Below are positions 48,130 through 60,600 of a stretch of 64,000 nucleotides of DNA, piece by piece. Both the position numbers and the translations under genes were made by a program. The notes beneath the pieces were generated by a model. That model ran no database searches and had not been told where the DNA came from. It saw only the letters and a list, made by a program, of their open reading frames with translations. The stretch is from contig CM035353.1 of NCBI GenBank assembly GCA_020137815.1, forward strand, positions 4,774,001 through 4,838,000. Reading direction: 5' to 3'. Origin of the DNA: Hormiphora californensis (lineage: Eukaryota; Animalia; Ctenophora). Position 1 is the first letter of the stretch. Each line of letters opens with the position of its first letter.

Positions 48130-50790
48130 CGTATTCTCGGATTATGGATACACTTCATCAGTTGGCGATCGCGGAGACTATCCAATAATGAAGCTAAATA
48201 TAAAATAATCTTGCAATATATTTTATTATTATATTATACCCTTGTAACTTCGTGTTTTGAGCCACTGCAGTGACTCCAACAAGGGCAGGTTAGAGCTCTA
48301 ACAGAGATATGGTAGATAAGATGAAACAACTGGAAAATGTTATTATATAACAATTATAACAGCCAGCTCCATTCCTCAGACATTTCTCAGAAGCTACCCG
48401 AGGATCGGGAGATTTAATCGATCACACCACGAAATGTTCGCCTCTACTGCGGCGACAATAAATATTTTCGCATTTCGGTCTCAACAGAGATGATGGAACG
48501 AGGGAGTTGACCGAGGGCGGAAGTGATGACGAAGACATTATATTACAAATATAATATTAGTTTAATCCCAAAGTGCTAGACTGTAAAAGAGAAATAATAT
48601 GCTTTTGCAGAACAAAAGAAATGTTATTTTTAGTTACAAAGTTAAAAGGACTCTGTAGACAAGACAAAATACTGTCAGACACAACTAGTTGCATGCAACA
48701 AGCTGTGTAACACTCAGAAAATACATATGAATATATTTTATAAAACTTATAAAGAGGGTTTCAATAAATTGTATAATATTAAACTTTAATTGCATGCAGC
48801 AAGCTGTGTAACACTCAGAAAATACAATGAATATATTTTATAAAACGTATAACTTCTTTCTTCGCTATATATCATATCATAGTGGGACTTTTCTTACCTC
48901 CTCGTCTACCATCATACAACACGCATCACACCTCCTGGCCTGGTTAACAACTCGTTTTTCCATTGTCTTCCTTCACTATAACTCTCATAGTGGGACTAAT
49001 TAGTACCTCCTAGTCTGGCTGGTAAGCCATCTGCCTACTGTACTATATATATGACCAACACCCCTCATTTTCTCAGACTACCAGTTCCAGTTCCACAAGT
49101 TCTAGTTGTTTGCGAGCGACAGCCGACGACTTTACTACGATATGGACCCTGCAGCTTCTACAAGTACATACTTCTATGCAACTTTAAGTTGTCTCTCACT
49201 AACAGCACTACCGGTACCCACTTCCATGAGTGCTACACACTACCATTAGTTATGCGAGTTGATTTTGAATTTCCTTCCTCACCCTTCTCCCCTGTTATTT
49301 TTCTAAACTATTCTCATTTTTGCAGACGATGACGATAAACTACAACTACAACTCGAGCTCTGGACCACTGGAACAGCACACAGCGGCAGCTCAACAATCT
49401 CGTAACATGGCAGGACGCTGGAACGGAAAAGATGAGACCGATTGTATGCCACTGCAACAGCATACACAGGCAGCTCAACATGAACAATCTCGCAACCTGA
49501 CGGGCGCGGGACCATGGGACAGGGAAGACGAGTACGAGTACGTTGATTGGCTCGATAGATATATCGGCACTCCGCCGAAAACACCATCCCCGGCCCTCTC
49601 CGAGTTCCCACCTGCACCGGACTCTTCCGTAGAGTCAAGTGGGAACTCGGAAAGGGCAGGGGATGGTATGGGCCGTATACAAACAAGTCTATCCGAGGTA
49701 ACCTCGGATAGACCTGTTTGTATAGTTCGGCCCATACTGGGTGACGTTGTGAAAGAAGAAGTTCCGAGGTAACTTCTTCTTTCATAGCGTCACCCAGTAG
49801 GGTCTAACTGATGATCCAATCTTTTTGACACAATAGCCCTGTTTCAGTTCGGTTTGATTGTTGAACTCGATTTGTCAATTTGAGAAGATGGTTATTGAAA
49901 CACGCTCTACTACTTCCAAATCCGAGTCTGAACTTCAGTTCGGTGATACAATTACTCACCAATGATTAATTCCAGTTATTTTATAACAGTTCATTGTGTT
50001 AGCAAGATAGGAAATTGGTGAGTGAGGAGACTGCACCACCAAGTATGGGAAGGGAACAACAAGAGGTTCCCACGCCATAGGGCAAGGAAAACAGGAGGAA
50101 CAATCAACTTAATTAACAGGAACTCCCTGTACGAAACAGGAGCTCGAACAAGAGAAAGATGAAATAACGAAGGTATAAAATTGAGGACAGACGTTGAGCT
50201 GATACTAACGGTTAGTATCAGCTTAACGTAGCAAGAACCTGTGAGTTGTGATGGCTGCCAAGAGGAACGACACAAGACCTCTCTCGGATCTGCTTAAGGT
50301 CACGAGATCAGGTATCCTGCTGATGGACGACTTCCTGGTTAAGATCAACCACCCCCCTCCAGAAGATATAGCTAGTGTTACTATGTAACCGTGTGTAGAG
50401 CGAGTAAACAAAGGTATAATAAAGATGGAGGAAATAAGATGAGCTCCCAATAATGGACGGAGGAAGAAGAAATAAAGGCATTTGATACCTGCCACTGCAA
50501 ACAATTTTGATAAGAAATTCATCCCTACTAGTTAAGATGAAAAACATGAAACAAAAACATAACATAATGGATACACTCCGGTTGGCGATCGCGATCCAAT
50601 AATGAAGCTAAATATACATCTTGCAATATATTTTATTATTATATTATACCCTTGTAACTTCGTGTTTTGAGCCACTGCAGTGACTCCAACAAGGGCAGGT
50701 TAGAGCTCTAACGAAGCAGAGATATGGTAGATAAGATGAAACAACTGCAAAATGTTATTATATAACAATTATAACAGCCAGCTCCATTCC
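48130..50790 (+). repeat. Modules duplicated at 53020-53216 + 55514-56612, 58180-58810 and 59427-60390
   Basis: Near-identical blocks; paired ORFs 49051/55691, 50223/59820 and 50308/59905. Confidence 0.9.
49564..49799. other. Cassette of back-to-back long hairpins, copy 1
   Basis: Three adjacent inverted repeats with ~28-33 bp arms; copies at 56346-56584 and partially at 60634-60744. Confidence 0.85.
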
Positions 50791-51615
50791 TCAGACATTC
50801 CTCAGGAGCTACCAGAGGATTGGGAGATTTAATCAATCACGTCACGAACAGAGCTCCCTCACGTCCCTATCGAACAATCAAATGAAACGGACAGTGTGTT
50901 TCGCTGTGCTGTGAGTTGGAGTTACTATTTTTTTGAGTCATTTTCACGCCCCTCAAATACATGAGTTATGTTTTAGAGCCCGGTGTTTCCTGTGGGAAAC
51001 ACCGTGCTCGCCATCGCGTTGGAAACGGTACGGAATTGGATTTATTTAAGAAAGATTAATTTATTTAAATGATGTAGTACCATAATATCCCGGAGAAGAT
51101 GGAGGATACAGCAAAAATTTACCAGCCAACTCATAATAATGTAAACAGCAATATCCCGCTGTTACTACAGGAGCTCCCAGCCCCCAGACTAGGTGACACC
51201 CCTTGGTATAAAAATACTAATCATCACCCAATTTTTTCAGACACTTGCCGGAGCCGGATTAATTCCCATGATACGGGAGTTGAGTGAGTTGAGTGACCGC
51301 CCCCTGATCATCATGGATAACTATCCACAGATCCCTGGCCCTCATCCATCGCCTATATTTATCTGTAACTCGGTAAGTGTTCACTACCCATATTATTAAT
51401 TCTAATTCTACCCATGAATTAATTCTAATTCTACCCATAATACTCACTCCCAGTACTACCACCCAATACAATTTTTCAATTCCCCTCCTTATATATTTTC
51501 CTAAAGCCTAGAAGCTAAATTGTATTCTCATTTCAGAACTTTAACCTGTTTCCAGTCGGTGGTGAGCCCCGTGGCCAGACATTTACACCGAACAGATGGA
51601 GCCCACCCACTGATT

Positions 51616-51749
51616 TCTCCCCGACCCCGCCCGGTGATTGGGACGCCAGATCGAGCCCACACACGGAGATATTCTCCCCGACCCCGCCCGGTGATTGGGA
51701 CGCCAGATCGAGCCCACACACGGAGATCTCCCCGACCCCGCCCGGTGAT
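51616..51749 (+). repeat. 57/54-bp coding tandem repeat (SPRPRPVIGTPDRAHTRR)n
   Basis: Units start at 51616, 51673 and 51727; unit lengths are multiples of 3. Confidence 0.8.
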
Positions 51750-53216
51750 GAGAGAACTCCACCACCTCCACCACCACGGAGACCGGTAAACCATGTTTAC
51801 CCAATGACACTGCCCCCCTGGTCACCCCCATGAGATACACAATTCCGAAGCGGTAAGTGTTCACTACCCATGAACGTACATGAACCATTTAGTACTGCTA
51901 ATGTAATCTGTAATTATAGTAATTAAAATAAGTTTGATGATAGATACAGCTCAGACAATAAGAGTTCCGGAGAAGACCCCCCATGATGGAGGATACAGCA
52001 CTCCAGAAATTTACCAAGTCATCAGGTTGTAGAGAAAACAGGAGGAGCAATCAACTTAATCAACTTCACTCCCTGTACGAAACAGGAGCTCAAACAAGAG
52101 AAAGATGAAATAACGAAGGTATGAAATTAAGGACAGACGATGAGCTGATACTAACCTGTGACGGGTGCGTTGGACACTTTAGAGACATCATTACCCGGCC
52201 AAGAGGAACGACACAAGACCTCTGTCGGATCTGCTTGAGAGAGGTATCCTACTGATAGACGACTTCCTGGTTGAGATCAACCACCCCCCTCCAGAAGATA
52301 TAGCTAGTGTTACTATGTAACCGTGTGTAGAGCGAGAGTAAACAAAGGTATAATAAAAATGGAGGAAATAAGATGAGCTCTCAATAACGGATGGAGGAAG
52401 AAAAAATGAAGGTATTTGATACCTGCCACTGTCAGACTGAGGTCGCACCGGAATGTATCAGACCGATCATTGAAAGGCAGGGCCATCTCTCGGAGGTTCT
52501 TCAGGATTGTGGACCCCCTCCTCCTCGCGCTGACGCCTGGCACCCCTGTACTTGTCACCTGCACCGGTCTGCGGTGTTTGGTACCTGTCCGAACAAACAC
52601 AACGATTATAAAGAGCCCAACATGCCAGTCGAGAAGATAATACCTTTCTTAGTTGAGCATGCAGAAAGGAACCAACAAAACACAACGGAACCAACAAAAC
52701 ACAACGATTATAAAGAGGGTGTCAATACCTGTCGGAACCAACAAAACACAACGATTATAAAGAGGATTTCAATAAATTGTATAATATTAAAAGAAATGGA
52801 TCAGAGCGTCTCAGAGATGATGGAATAGAGGACTCAACATGCAGACTGTGTGAGGTGGTATTGATCCCCATTATATATGTCTGTAAAAGAGACATAGTAC
52901 GCTTTTGCAGAACAAACGAAATGTTATTTTTAGTTACAAAGTTAAAAGGACTCTGTAGACAAGACAAAATACTGTCAGACACAACTATTTGCATGTAACA
53001 AGCAGTGTAACCATGGTTACACAACTATTTGCATGCAACGAGCTGTGTAACACTCAGAAAATACATATGAATATACTTTATAAAACTTATAAAGAGGGTT
53101 TCAATAAATTGTATAATATTAAACTTTAATTGCATGCAGCAAGCTGTGTAACACTCTGAAAATACAATGAATATATTTTATAAAACGTATAACTTCTTTC
53201 TTTGCTATATATCATA

Positions 53217-55513
53217 TAGTTAGGACCACTATTGGTGCGCGGTCGTGCCCACGGAAGGAGTGCTTGGATCATCATGAAACCGGTTTTAAGTTCACTAATG
53301 CATGCCCAAAAGTGTCTGTAGCCATTTGGGTGATGTTCTGACAATCCAATCACGAGTTATGACCGAAAAACAGTCAAAAAAGACGTTTTAAAGTGACAAA
53401 AAGGAGGATCTGAACACAGCCCTTATAATATGAAGGGCTGGGGCTTTGAAACTTCTTGTGTGGACAGAGAATCGTCCAAATTTGCAGTGTCAACTTCCTT
53501 TAAATAGTGGCATACACCGATGGATCAGTAATCAAAACCAAAAAGCCTTACAAGCAAATTACGGGAGCAGGCGCAGCAATATACTTCCCCGAAGAGGTAT
53601 GCGAACTCAAATATCCCCTTGCACCAGAAAACACTATTAACCAAGCCGAACTCAAGGCTATCGAAATAGTAGCCGACCACCTCCTCAACAAAAAAATTAC
53701 CAATCATAACATAATAATTAAGTCAGACTCCCAAACAACGATAAACAGAATTTTTGGGAAGTTAAGTTGTTCCAACAACTAACCAGAACAATATCAAAAT
53801 TACACGAACTCCAAAGATCAAACACATTATCAATAGAAAAAGTCAAAGCTCACGCCAACATCGCAGGAAATGAAAAAGCAGACAAACTGGCAAAAGAAGC
53901 AGCGGCAGCGAGCCCAAGTACTCAAAATGGTATAGGATTAAATACCTCCCAGATCAAAAACAAGATCAAAGAATATCTAAAAACAAGAAATACGACGAAC
54001 CTGATAAACAAGAAATACAACAGATTCACAACCGCCATAGTAACAGAGCTAATATAAAATCCCATAAAGGTCACTGATAAAATGCTCAGAGAACTAACAC
54101 TAGCAATCTCGGGCCAAAACAACCTCGCGGCCTCCCAACACCACCAAGATACAAAAATTAACCCAAAATGCGACCTCTGCAACGCGAAAGAGAACTCAGA
54201 ACATGTCATCATATATTGCCCCAGACTTGATGAGGTTAGATACAGACTAAACTACCAAAATGTAGTTGAGGAAATCTATGGAGACGAGAACCTTGACTGG
54301 AACAAATTCACCCAATTAATACACAAAAGCAAACTGTTCAGATAACCCTCCATAATAACCCTCCATATTTCAAACCACCATCCCACACTATATAACAAAT
54401 TTCTATGAGTGACGCACATAGATACCGAAACCTCTAAACATTCCACACGCCAGAGTTCCGTTTTGGGAAGGAACCTGCCCTAATTACCCCATGAACGGCC
54501 GGACGCTGCATCTGCATCATGAACAAAAAGTGATGTTCCATGAACCCCCATGGAGTACTGATTACAAATCAGAGGTTGGCAGCGCAAAATCTATAAAGGT
54601 GCCATAGTCAATGGAGCGTCCGAATTGTCCTAGCTAAGGCCACATCGAAAACGATCAATGCTGAGATACCACTCACCAAGGATCGCTGGAGATATCCGAG
54701 ACTGGCACAATGTGAAAACAGTGCTGGTGCGGCCCTTTTCATGAGACCTGTCAAGACAGTTATGGGAGACGATTCCACCCTTATCTCTAAATCCATGGAC
54801 ATAAGACGGAGGAAGAATACTCTCCCGGGGGAAAGAGGAAACTCTGGAACCTGAGCTCCGTCCATCTCGGGCGTGAGGAACTGGCTGCCGGACGGGATAA
54901 AATCTCAAGTGGAGGACCGGAAGCGGAGGCGCTTACAACAACAACAACAACAACAACAAGTGTCAACTTTCAGATAGTTGCTATCTTTTGTAGTTATCTA
55001 ATTAGAGTCGTTTAAACATGTGAGAAGTTGCTAAAGGGCCCTATAATACTGCTTGTGAAGTGATCACTTGACGAGATTTGCCCAATTAGAGAGCGGATTA
55101 AAGCATACAAGCGGTGAGAGCAAGCAATATGAGACGGAAGTAGTACCTAATCACCCTGTTTTGTAGGGTCATATAGGTTGTCTCACATGTTTAAACGACT
55201 CTAATTAGATAACTACAAAAGATAGAAACTATCTGAAAGTTGACACTGCAAATTTGGACGATTCTTTGTCCACACAAGAAGTTTCAAAGCCCCAGCCCTT
55301 CATATAAGGGCTGTGTTCAGATCCTCCTTTTTGTCACTTTAAAACGTCTTTTTTGACTGTTTTTCGGTCATAACTCGTGATTGGATTGTCAGAACATCAC
55401 CCAAATGGCTACAGACACTTTTGGGCATGCATTAGTGAACTTAAAACCGGTTTCAAGATGATCCAAGCACTCCTTCCGTGGGCACGACCGCGCACCAATA
55501 GTGGTCCTGACTA
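53217..55513. mobile_element. hAT-type foldback element, 8-bp TSD ATATCATA, with nested LINE
   Basis: TIR tagttaggaccactattggtgcgcgg / ccgcgcaccaatagtggtcctgacta; TSD at 53209-53216 and 55514-55521. Confidence 0.9.
53497..54958 (+). mobile_element. 5'-truncated RNase H-containing non-LTR retrotransposon (I/R1/Tad-group-like) with (CAA)n tail
   Basis: AYTDGS..GAGAAIY..NQAELKAI..IKSDSQ..KVKAHANIAGNEKADKLAK (RNase H); C-terminal CDLC..EHVIIYCP; one frameshift and one stop; 11-bp TSD AGTGTCAACTT at 53486-53496 and 54959-54969. Confidence 0.9.
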
Positions 55514-56087
55514 ATATCATAGTGGGACTTTTCTTACCTCCTCGTTTACCATCATACAACACGCATCACACCTCCTGGCCTGGTTAACAACTCGTTTTTC
55601 CATTGTCTTCCTTCACTATAACTCTCATAGTGGGACTAATTAGTACCTCCTAGTCTGGCTGGTAAGCCATCTGCCTACTGTACTATATATATGACCAACA
55701 CCCCTCATTTTCTCAGACTACCAGTTCCAGTTCCACAAGTTCTAGTTGTTTGCGAGCGACAGCCGACGACTTTACTACGATATGGACCCTGCAGCTTCTA
55801 CAAGTACATACTTCTATGCAACTGTAAGTTGTCTCTCACTAACAGCACTACCGGTACCCACTTCCATGAGTGCTACACACTACCATTAGTTATGCGAGTT
55901 GATTTTGAATTTCCTTCCTCACCCTTCTCCCCTGTTATTTTTCTAAACTATTCTCATTTTTGCAGACGATGACGATAAAATACAACTACAACTCGAGCTC
56001 TGGACCACTGGAACAGCACACAGCGGCAGCTCAACAATCTCGTAACATGGCAGGACGCTGGAACGGAAAAGATGAGACCGATTGTAT

Positions 56088-56227
56088 CCCTACTAAAATA
56101 TAGTTCGACGCGACGCGACGCGCGATCGATGAACGATCGATAAACGATCGATAACGATCGATATCGATCGTTTATCGATCGTTCATCGATCGCGCGTCGC
56201 GTCGCGTCGAACTATATTTTAGTAGGG
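56088..56227. mobile_element. 140-bp palindromic MITE, CCC..GGG termini, 2-bp AT TSD (EnSpm/CMC-like)
   Basis: Near-perfect palindrome of CGAT/CGCGA repeats; empty site attgtatgccactgc at 49441. Confidence 0.9.
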
Positions 56228-56345
56228 ATGCCACTGCAACAGCATACACAGGCAGCTCAACATGAACAATCTCGCAACCTGACGGGCACGGGACCATGGG
56301 ACAGGGAAGACGAGTACGAGTACGTTGATTGGCTCGATAGATATA

Positions 56346-56584
56346 TCGGCACTCCGCCGAAAACACCATCCCCGGCCCTCTCCGAGTTCCCACCTGCACC
56401 GGACTCTTCCGTAGAGTCAAGTGGGAACTCGGAAAGGGCAGGGGATGGTATGGGCCGAACTATACAAACAGGTCTATCCGAGGTAACCTCGGATAGACCT
56501 GTTTGTATAGTTCGGCCCATACTGGGTGACGTTGTGAAAGAAGAAGTTCCGAGGTAACTTCTTCTTTCAACGCGTCACCCAGTA
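56346..56584. other. Cassette of back-to-back long hairpins, copy 2
   Basis: Hairpins at 56365-56449, 56448-56522 (perfect 36-bp arms, TAA loop) and 56520-56584. Confidence 0.85.
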
Positions 56585-56609
56585 GGGTCTAACTGATGAT
56601 CCAATCTTT

Positions 56610-57082
56610 TTGCCCAGACCAACCTCCATGGTATAGACATAATAGACAATATTTTTGTTCCAAATCCATGCGAATCAATGGAATAACTGGGTGGATCGAA
56701 ATTACACCGTGTGGTGAGTAATTCCTATTTTTCCTATAAAATCTCTCCCATCTCTGCTAAATTACTAATTCATTATCGACATATTCAAACTTTCAACCTG
56801 TTTCTATCAAAGTCCTCTCTTCAGATCCTGAAGTGGAAACTTTGAAGCCCGACCCAGAGCCTGAACTCAGAGCGGCTAGCGACCCACCTCCAACTATGAT
56901 AGCATGGAAAGCAGAAGCTACTACTAACCAACCTCCGGAAAGAAAAAAAAAGATTTAATGCTATATCTCTTGCAGTAGGGATAGGAATCAATCTTGTGTT
57001 GGTAATTGGCTTCGTGATTGGAGTGATAGTATTTCTCAAAAAGAGAAAGGTCACTCATGTCTACGAAGATATCGATGTGTGA
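56610..57082 (+). pseudogene. 3' exons of a type I membrane protein (Pro-rich stalk, TM, KKRK, VYEDI tail); one extra A in an A-run
   Basis: ..WIEITPC G|gtgagt..ttcag|DPEVETLKPDPEP..ERKK, then a one-base shift to RFNAISLAVGIGINLVLVIGFVIGVIVFLKKRKVTHVYEDIDV*. Confidence 0.6.
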
Positions 57083-57261
57083 AGATAATAGTTTGAAGTT
57101 ACGGATGTGAACTTGTTGCTTTTTACATTTTCTGGGGGAACAGAGATGGCTCAACTGACGCCGAGGTGAACTCATATCTTGTTGTTTTTACACATTTTTT
57201 TGTGAATTTGTTTTTAAAATTATCATTTATTCCGTTATATAAGCATTATTCAATTTTTGTA

Positions 57262-57681
57262 TTTTTTCCCTGCCCGGGTAGATGCCCGAAGGGCATCCAC
57301 CCGGATGATCGTTTTAGCACGTGTGCTAAAAAGATCATAAAGGGTTTAGAAATCTCGGATTTGAAATAGTAACTCGAGCGTGGTCAAAATCGCGTGTGTC
57401 ACGGTAGCAGCATAGTAACTGCTCCTTCATAAAATCAAATAACTGTTTTGATGAAATATGATGTCAGGACGCTTATTTTTCAAAGCTGTGCGCGGCGCTC
57501 ACAACACTGTTGCTGAAGGGGTGAGGGTAGAGTAAAACAGCTGTGTAACTGCATACAGGACGCATGCATCTCACATTGTGACCAAGCCTTGATATTGTGA
57601 TACTGATAGTGTGATACTGATCCTGTCGACGGAGGGCAGGGATACATCGCATTATGAATACATAATGCAATAATTCTTGTT
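57262..57681 (+). mobile_element. Non-autonomous Helentron (DINE-1/HINE-like)
   Basis: Subterminal IRs ccctgccc (57268) / gggcaggg (57634); 5' hairpin ccgggtagatgccc-GAA-gggcatccacccgg; 3' stem-loop gcattatg-aata-cataatgc; T-rich ends. Confidence 0.7.
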
Positions 57682-60600
57682 AAAAGGAGAGATTTCATGA
57701 AACTCAAATAAATTAAAAAAATCCCCCCTCTATTGTTCACACAATAGGGTAATGCCTAGCTATTTGGAATGGCGATTCATTTGAAACGTCCCCTCTGCAG
57801 CATAGCAGGTACAACAGGTTCGCATTTTTAGATATTAGTGGGTTTAGTTTGGGAGCTGACCCAGTACCCACTAATGTCAAGAAATCCAAATATGCTGTAC
57901 TTGTATAATATTAAACTTTAAAGAAATGGCTCAGAGCGGCCCAGAGGTAACATCTTATACTAATACGGTTGGCATCTTATGTAGGGGGCACGTTGGCTGT
58001 TCTCTATGGCAGAATAAAAAGGGGAGTATTTTATTTTTCTCCAACCTACCATTTCTTTCTCCATCATGATTTCAATTGTTTTGCAAGTCACTAAGCTTCC
58101 CGCTTCCGATGTATATGGTGGATAGTCTGTGATAGGATACACTAAGCTAGGATACTGGTTGAAAACGTACAGGTTTCGAGTATCCTCGGATTATGGATAC
58201 ACTTCATCAGTTGGCGATCGCGGAGACTATCCAATAATGAAGCTAAATATAAAATAATCTTGCAATATATTTTAGTATTATATTATACCCTGTAGTATTA
58301 CATTATACCACTGCAGTGACTCCAACAAGGGCAGGTTAGAGCTCTAACAGAGATATGGTAGATAAGATGAAACAACTGCAAAATGTTATTATATAACAAT
58401 TATAACAGCCAGCTCCATTTCTCAGAAGCTACCCGAGGATCGGGAGATTTAATCGATCACACCACGAAATGTTCGCCTCTACTGCGGCGACAATTAGTAT
58501 TTTCGCAATTCGGTCTCAACAGAGATGATGGAACGAGGGAGTTGACCGAGGCCGGAGGTGATGACGAAGACATTATATTACAAATATAATATTAGTTTAA
58601 TCCCAAAGTGCTAGACTGTAAAAGAGACATAATACGCTTTAGCAAAACAAACGAAATGTTATTTTTAGTTACAAGTTTGAAAGGACTTTGCAGACAAGAC
58701 AAAATACTGTCAGACACAACTAGTTGCATGCAACAAGCTGTGTAACACTCAGAAAATACATATAAAACTTATAAAGAGGGTTTCAATACATTGTATAATA
58801 TTAAACTTTAAAGAAATGGATCAGAGGTAACTCCGAGAGATTATTTTATCTCTCCAGGTTTTGAGGAAGCCCACTTTAGACACCTCGTTAGACCTGCCTA
58901 TTAGAGTTTAGATTATTTACCAGTGTTATCACGTGACCGTGAGTCACGATCACGCAGTGTGTTTCGAGAGGTATATCAGAGAGTTGACTTTGTACTATAT
59001 TACAGACTTCTATTACTCTTTTCCCAAAATAACAACCAACGACTATCCTTTTGCCTTGACAATAGCGGCAACATGTTTCCTTGATTTTCTAGATGGCAGA
59101 TACAGGTCAGAGAGCAGTTTTGAGGGTAGGTGACGGGGTCATGTTTATGCCAGAGTGCCAAAATCAACTATGGCATGGGTGTCCAAAGTACCCGGTTCTG
59201 TTACCAAGTTAGAAGATGATGTAAACAAGGCTAAACCCGGGCTACTGCATTTCAGCATGCAACCTGTCGGAATAGTGATAATATTACCGCCTAAATAGGA
59301 TTCCCATATTTTACGTTGATAAATCGATTAATTTAGTATTAATTACAATTTTCCCACTGTGCCTGTTTGTGCCTAGCACAGCGACGATAAAGTGCTTCTT
59401 CCCTAAACATCCCAGCTGATGTCACTCCTGTTTCAGTTCGGTTTGATTGTTGAACTCGATATGTCAATTTGAGAAGATGGTAATTGAAACACGCTCTACT
59501 ACTTCCAAATCCGAGTCTGAACTTCAGTTCGGTGATACAATTACTCACCAATGATTAATTCCAGTAATTTTATAACAGATTCATTGTGTTAGCAAGATAG
59601 TATGAAATTGGTGAGTGAGGAGACTGCACCACCAAGTATGGGAAGGGAACAACAAGAGGTTCCCACGCCATAGGGCAAGGAAAACAGGAGGAAGCAGTCA
59701 ACTTAATTAACTTCACTGATCCCTGTACGAAACAGGAAGCTCGAACAAGAGAAAGATGAAATAACGAAGGTATAAAATTGAGGACAGACGATGAGCTGAT
59801 ACTAACGGTTAGTATCAGCTCAACGTAGCAAGAACCTGTGAGTTGTGATGGCTGCCAAGAGGAACGACACAAGACCTCTCTCGGAACTGCTTAAGGTCAC
59901 GAGATCAGGTATCCTGCTGATGGACGACTTCCTGGTTGAGATCAACCACCCCCCTCCAGAAGATATAGCTAGTGTTACTATGTAACCGTGTGTAGAGCGA
60001 GTAAACAAAGGTATAATAAAGATGGAGGAAATAAGATGAGCTCCCAATAATGGACGGAGGAAGAAGAAATAAAGGCATTTGATACCTGCCACTGCAAACA
60101 ATTTTGATAAGAAATTCATCCCTACTAGTTAAGATGAAAAACATGAAACAAAAACATAACATAATGGATACACTCCAGTTGGCGATCGCGATCCAATAAT
60201 GAAGCTAAATATACATCTTGCAATATATTTTATTATTATATTATACCCTTGTAACTTCGTGTTTTGAGCCACTGCAGTGACTCCAACAAGGGCAGGTTAG
60301 AGCTCTAACAGAGCAGAGATATGGTAGATAAGATGAAACAACTGCAAAATGTTATTATATAACAATTATAACAGCCAGCTCCATTCCTCAGAAGCTACCC
60401 GTGGATCGGGAGATATAATCAATCACATCACGAAATATTCGCCCCTACTGCGGCGACAATTAGTATTTCAGAGATGATGGAATAGAGGACTCAACATGCA
60501 GACTGTGTGAGGTGGTATTCCCCATTATATATGTCTGTAAAAGAGACATAGTACGCTTTTGCAAAACAAACGAAATGTTATTTTTAGTTACAAAGTTAAA

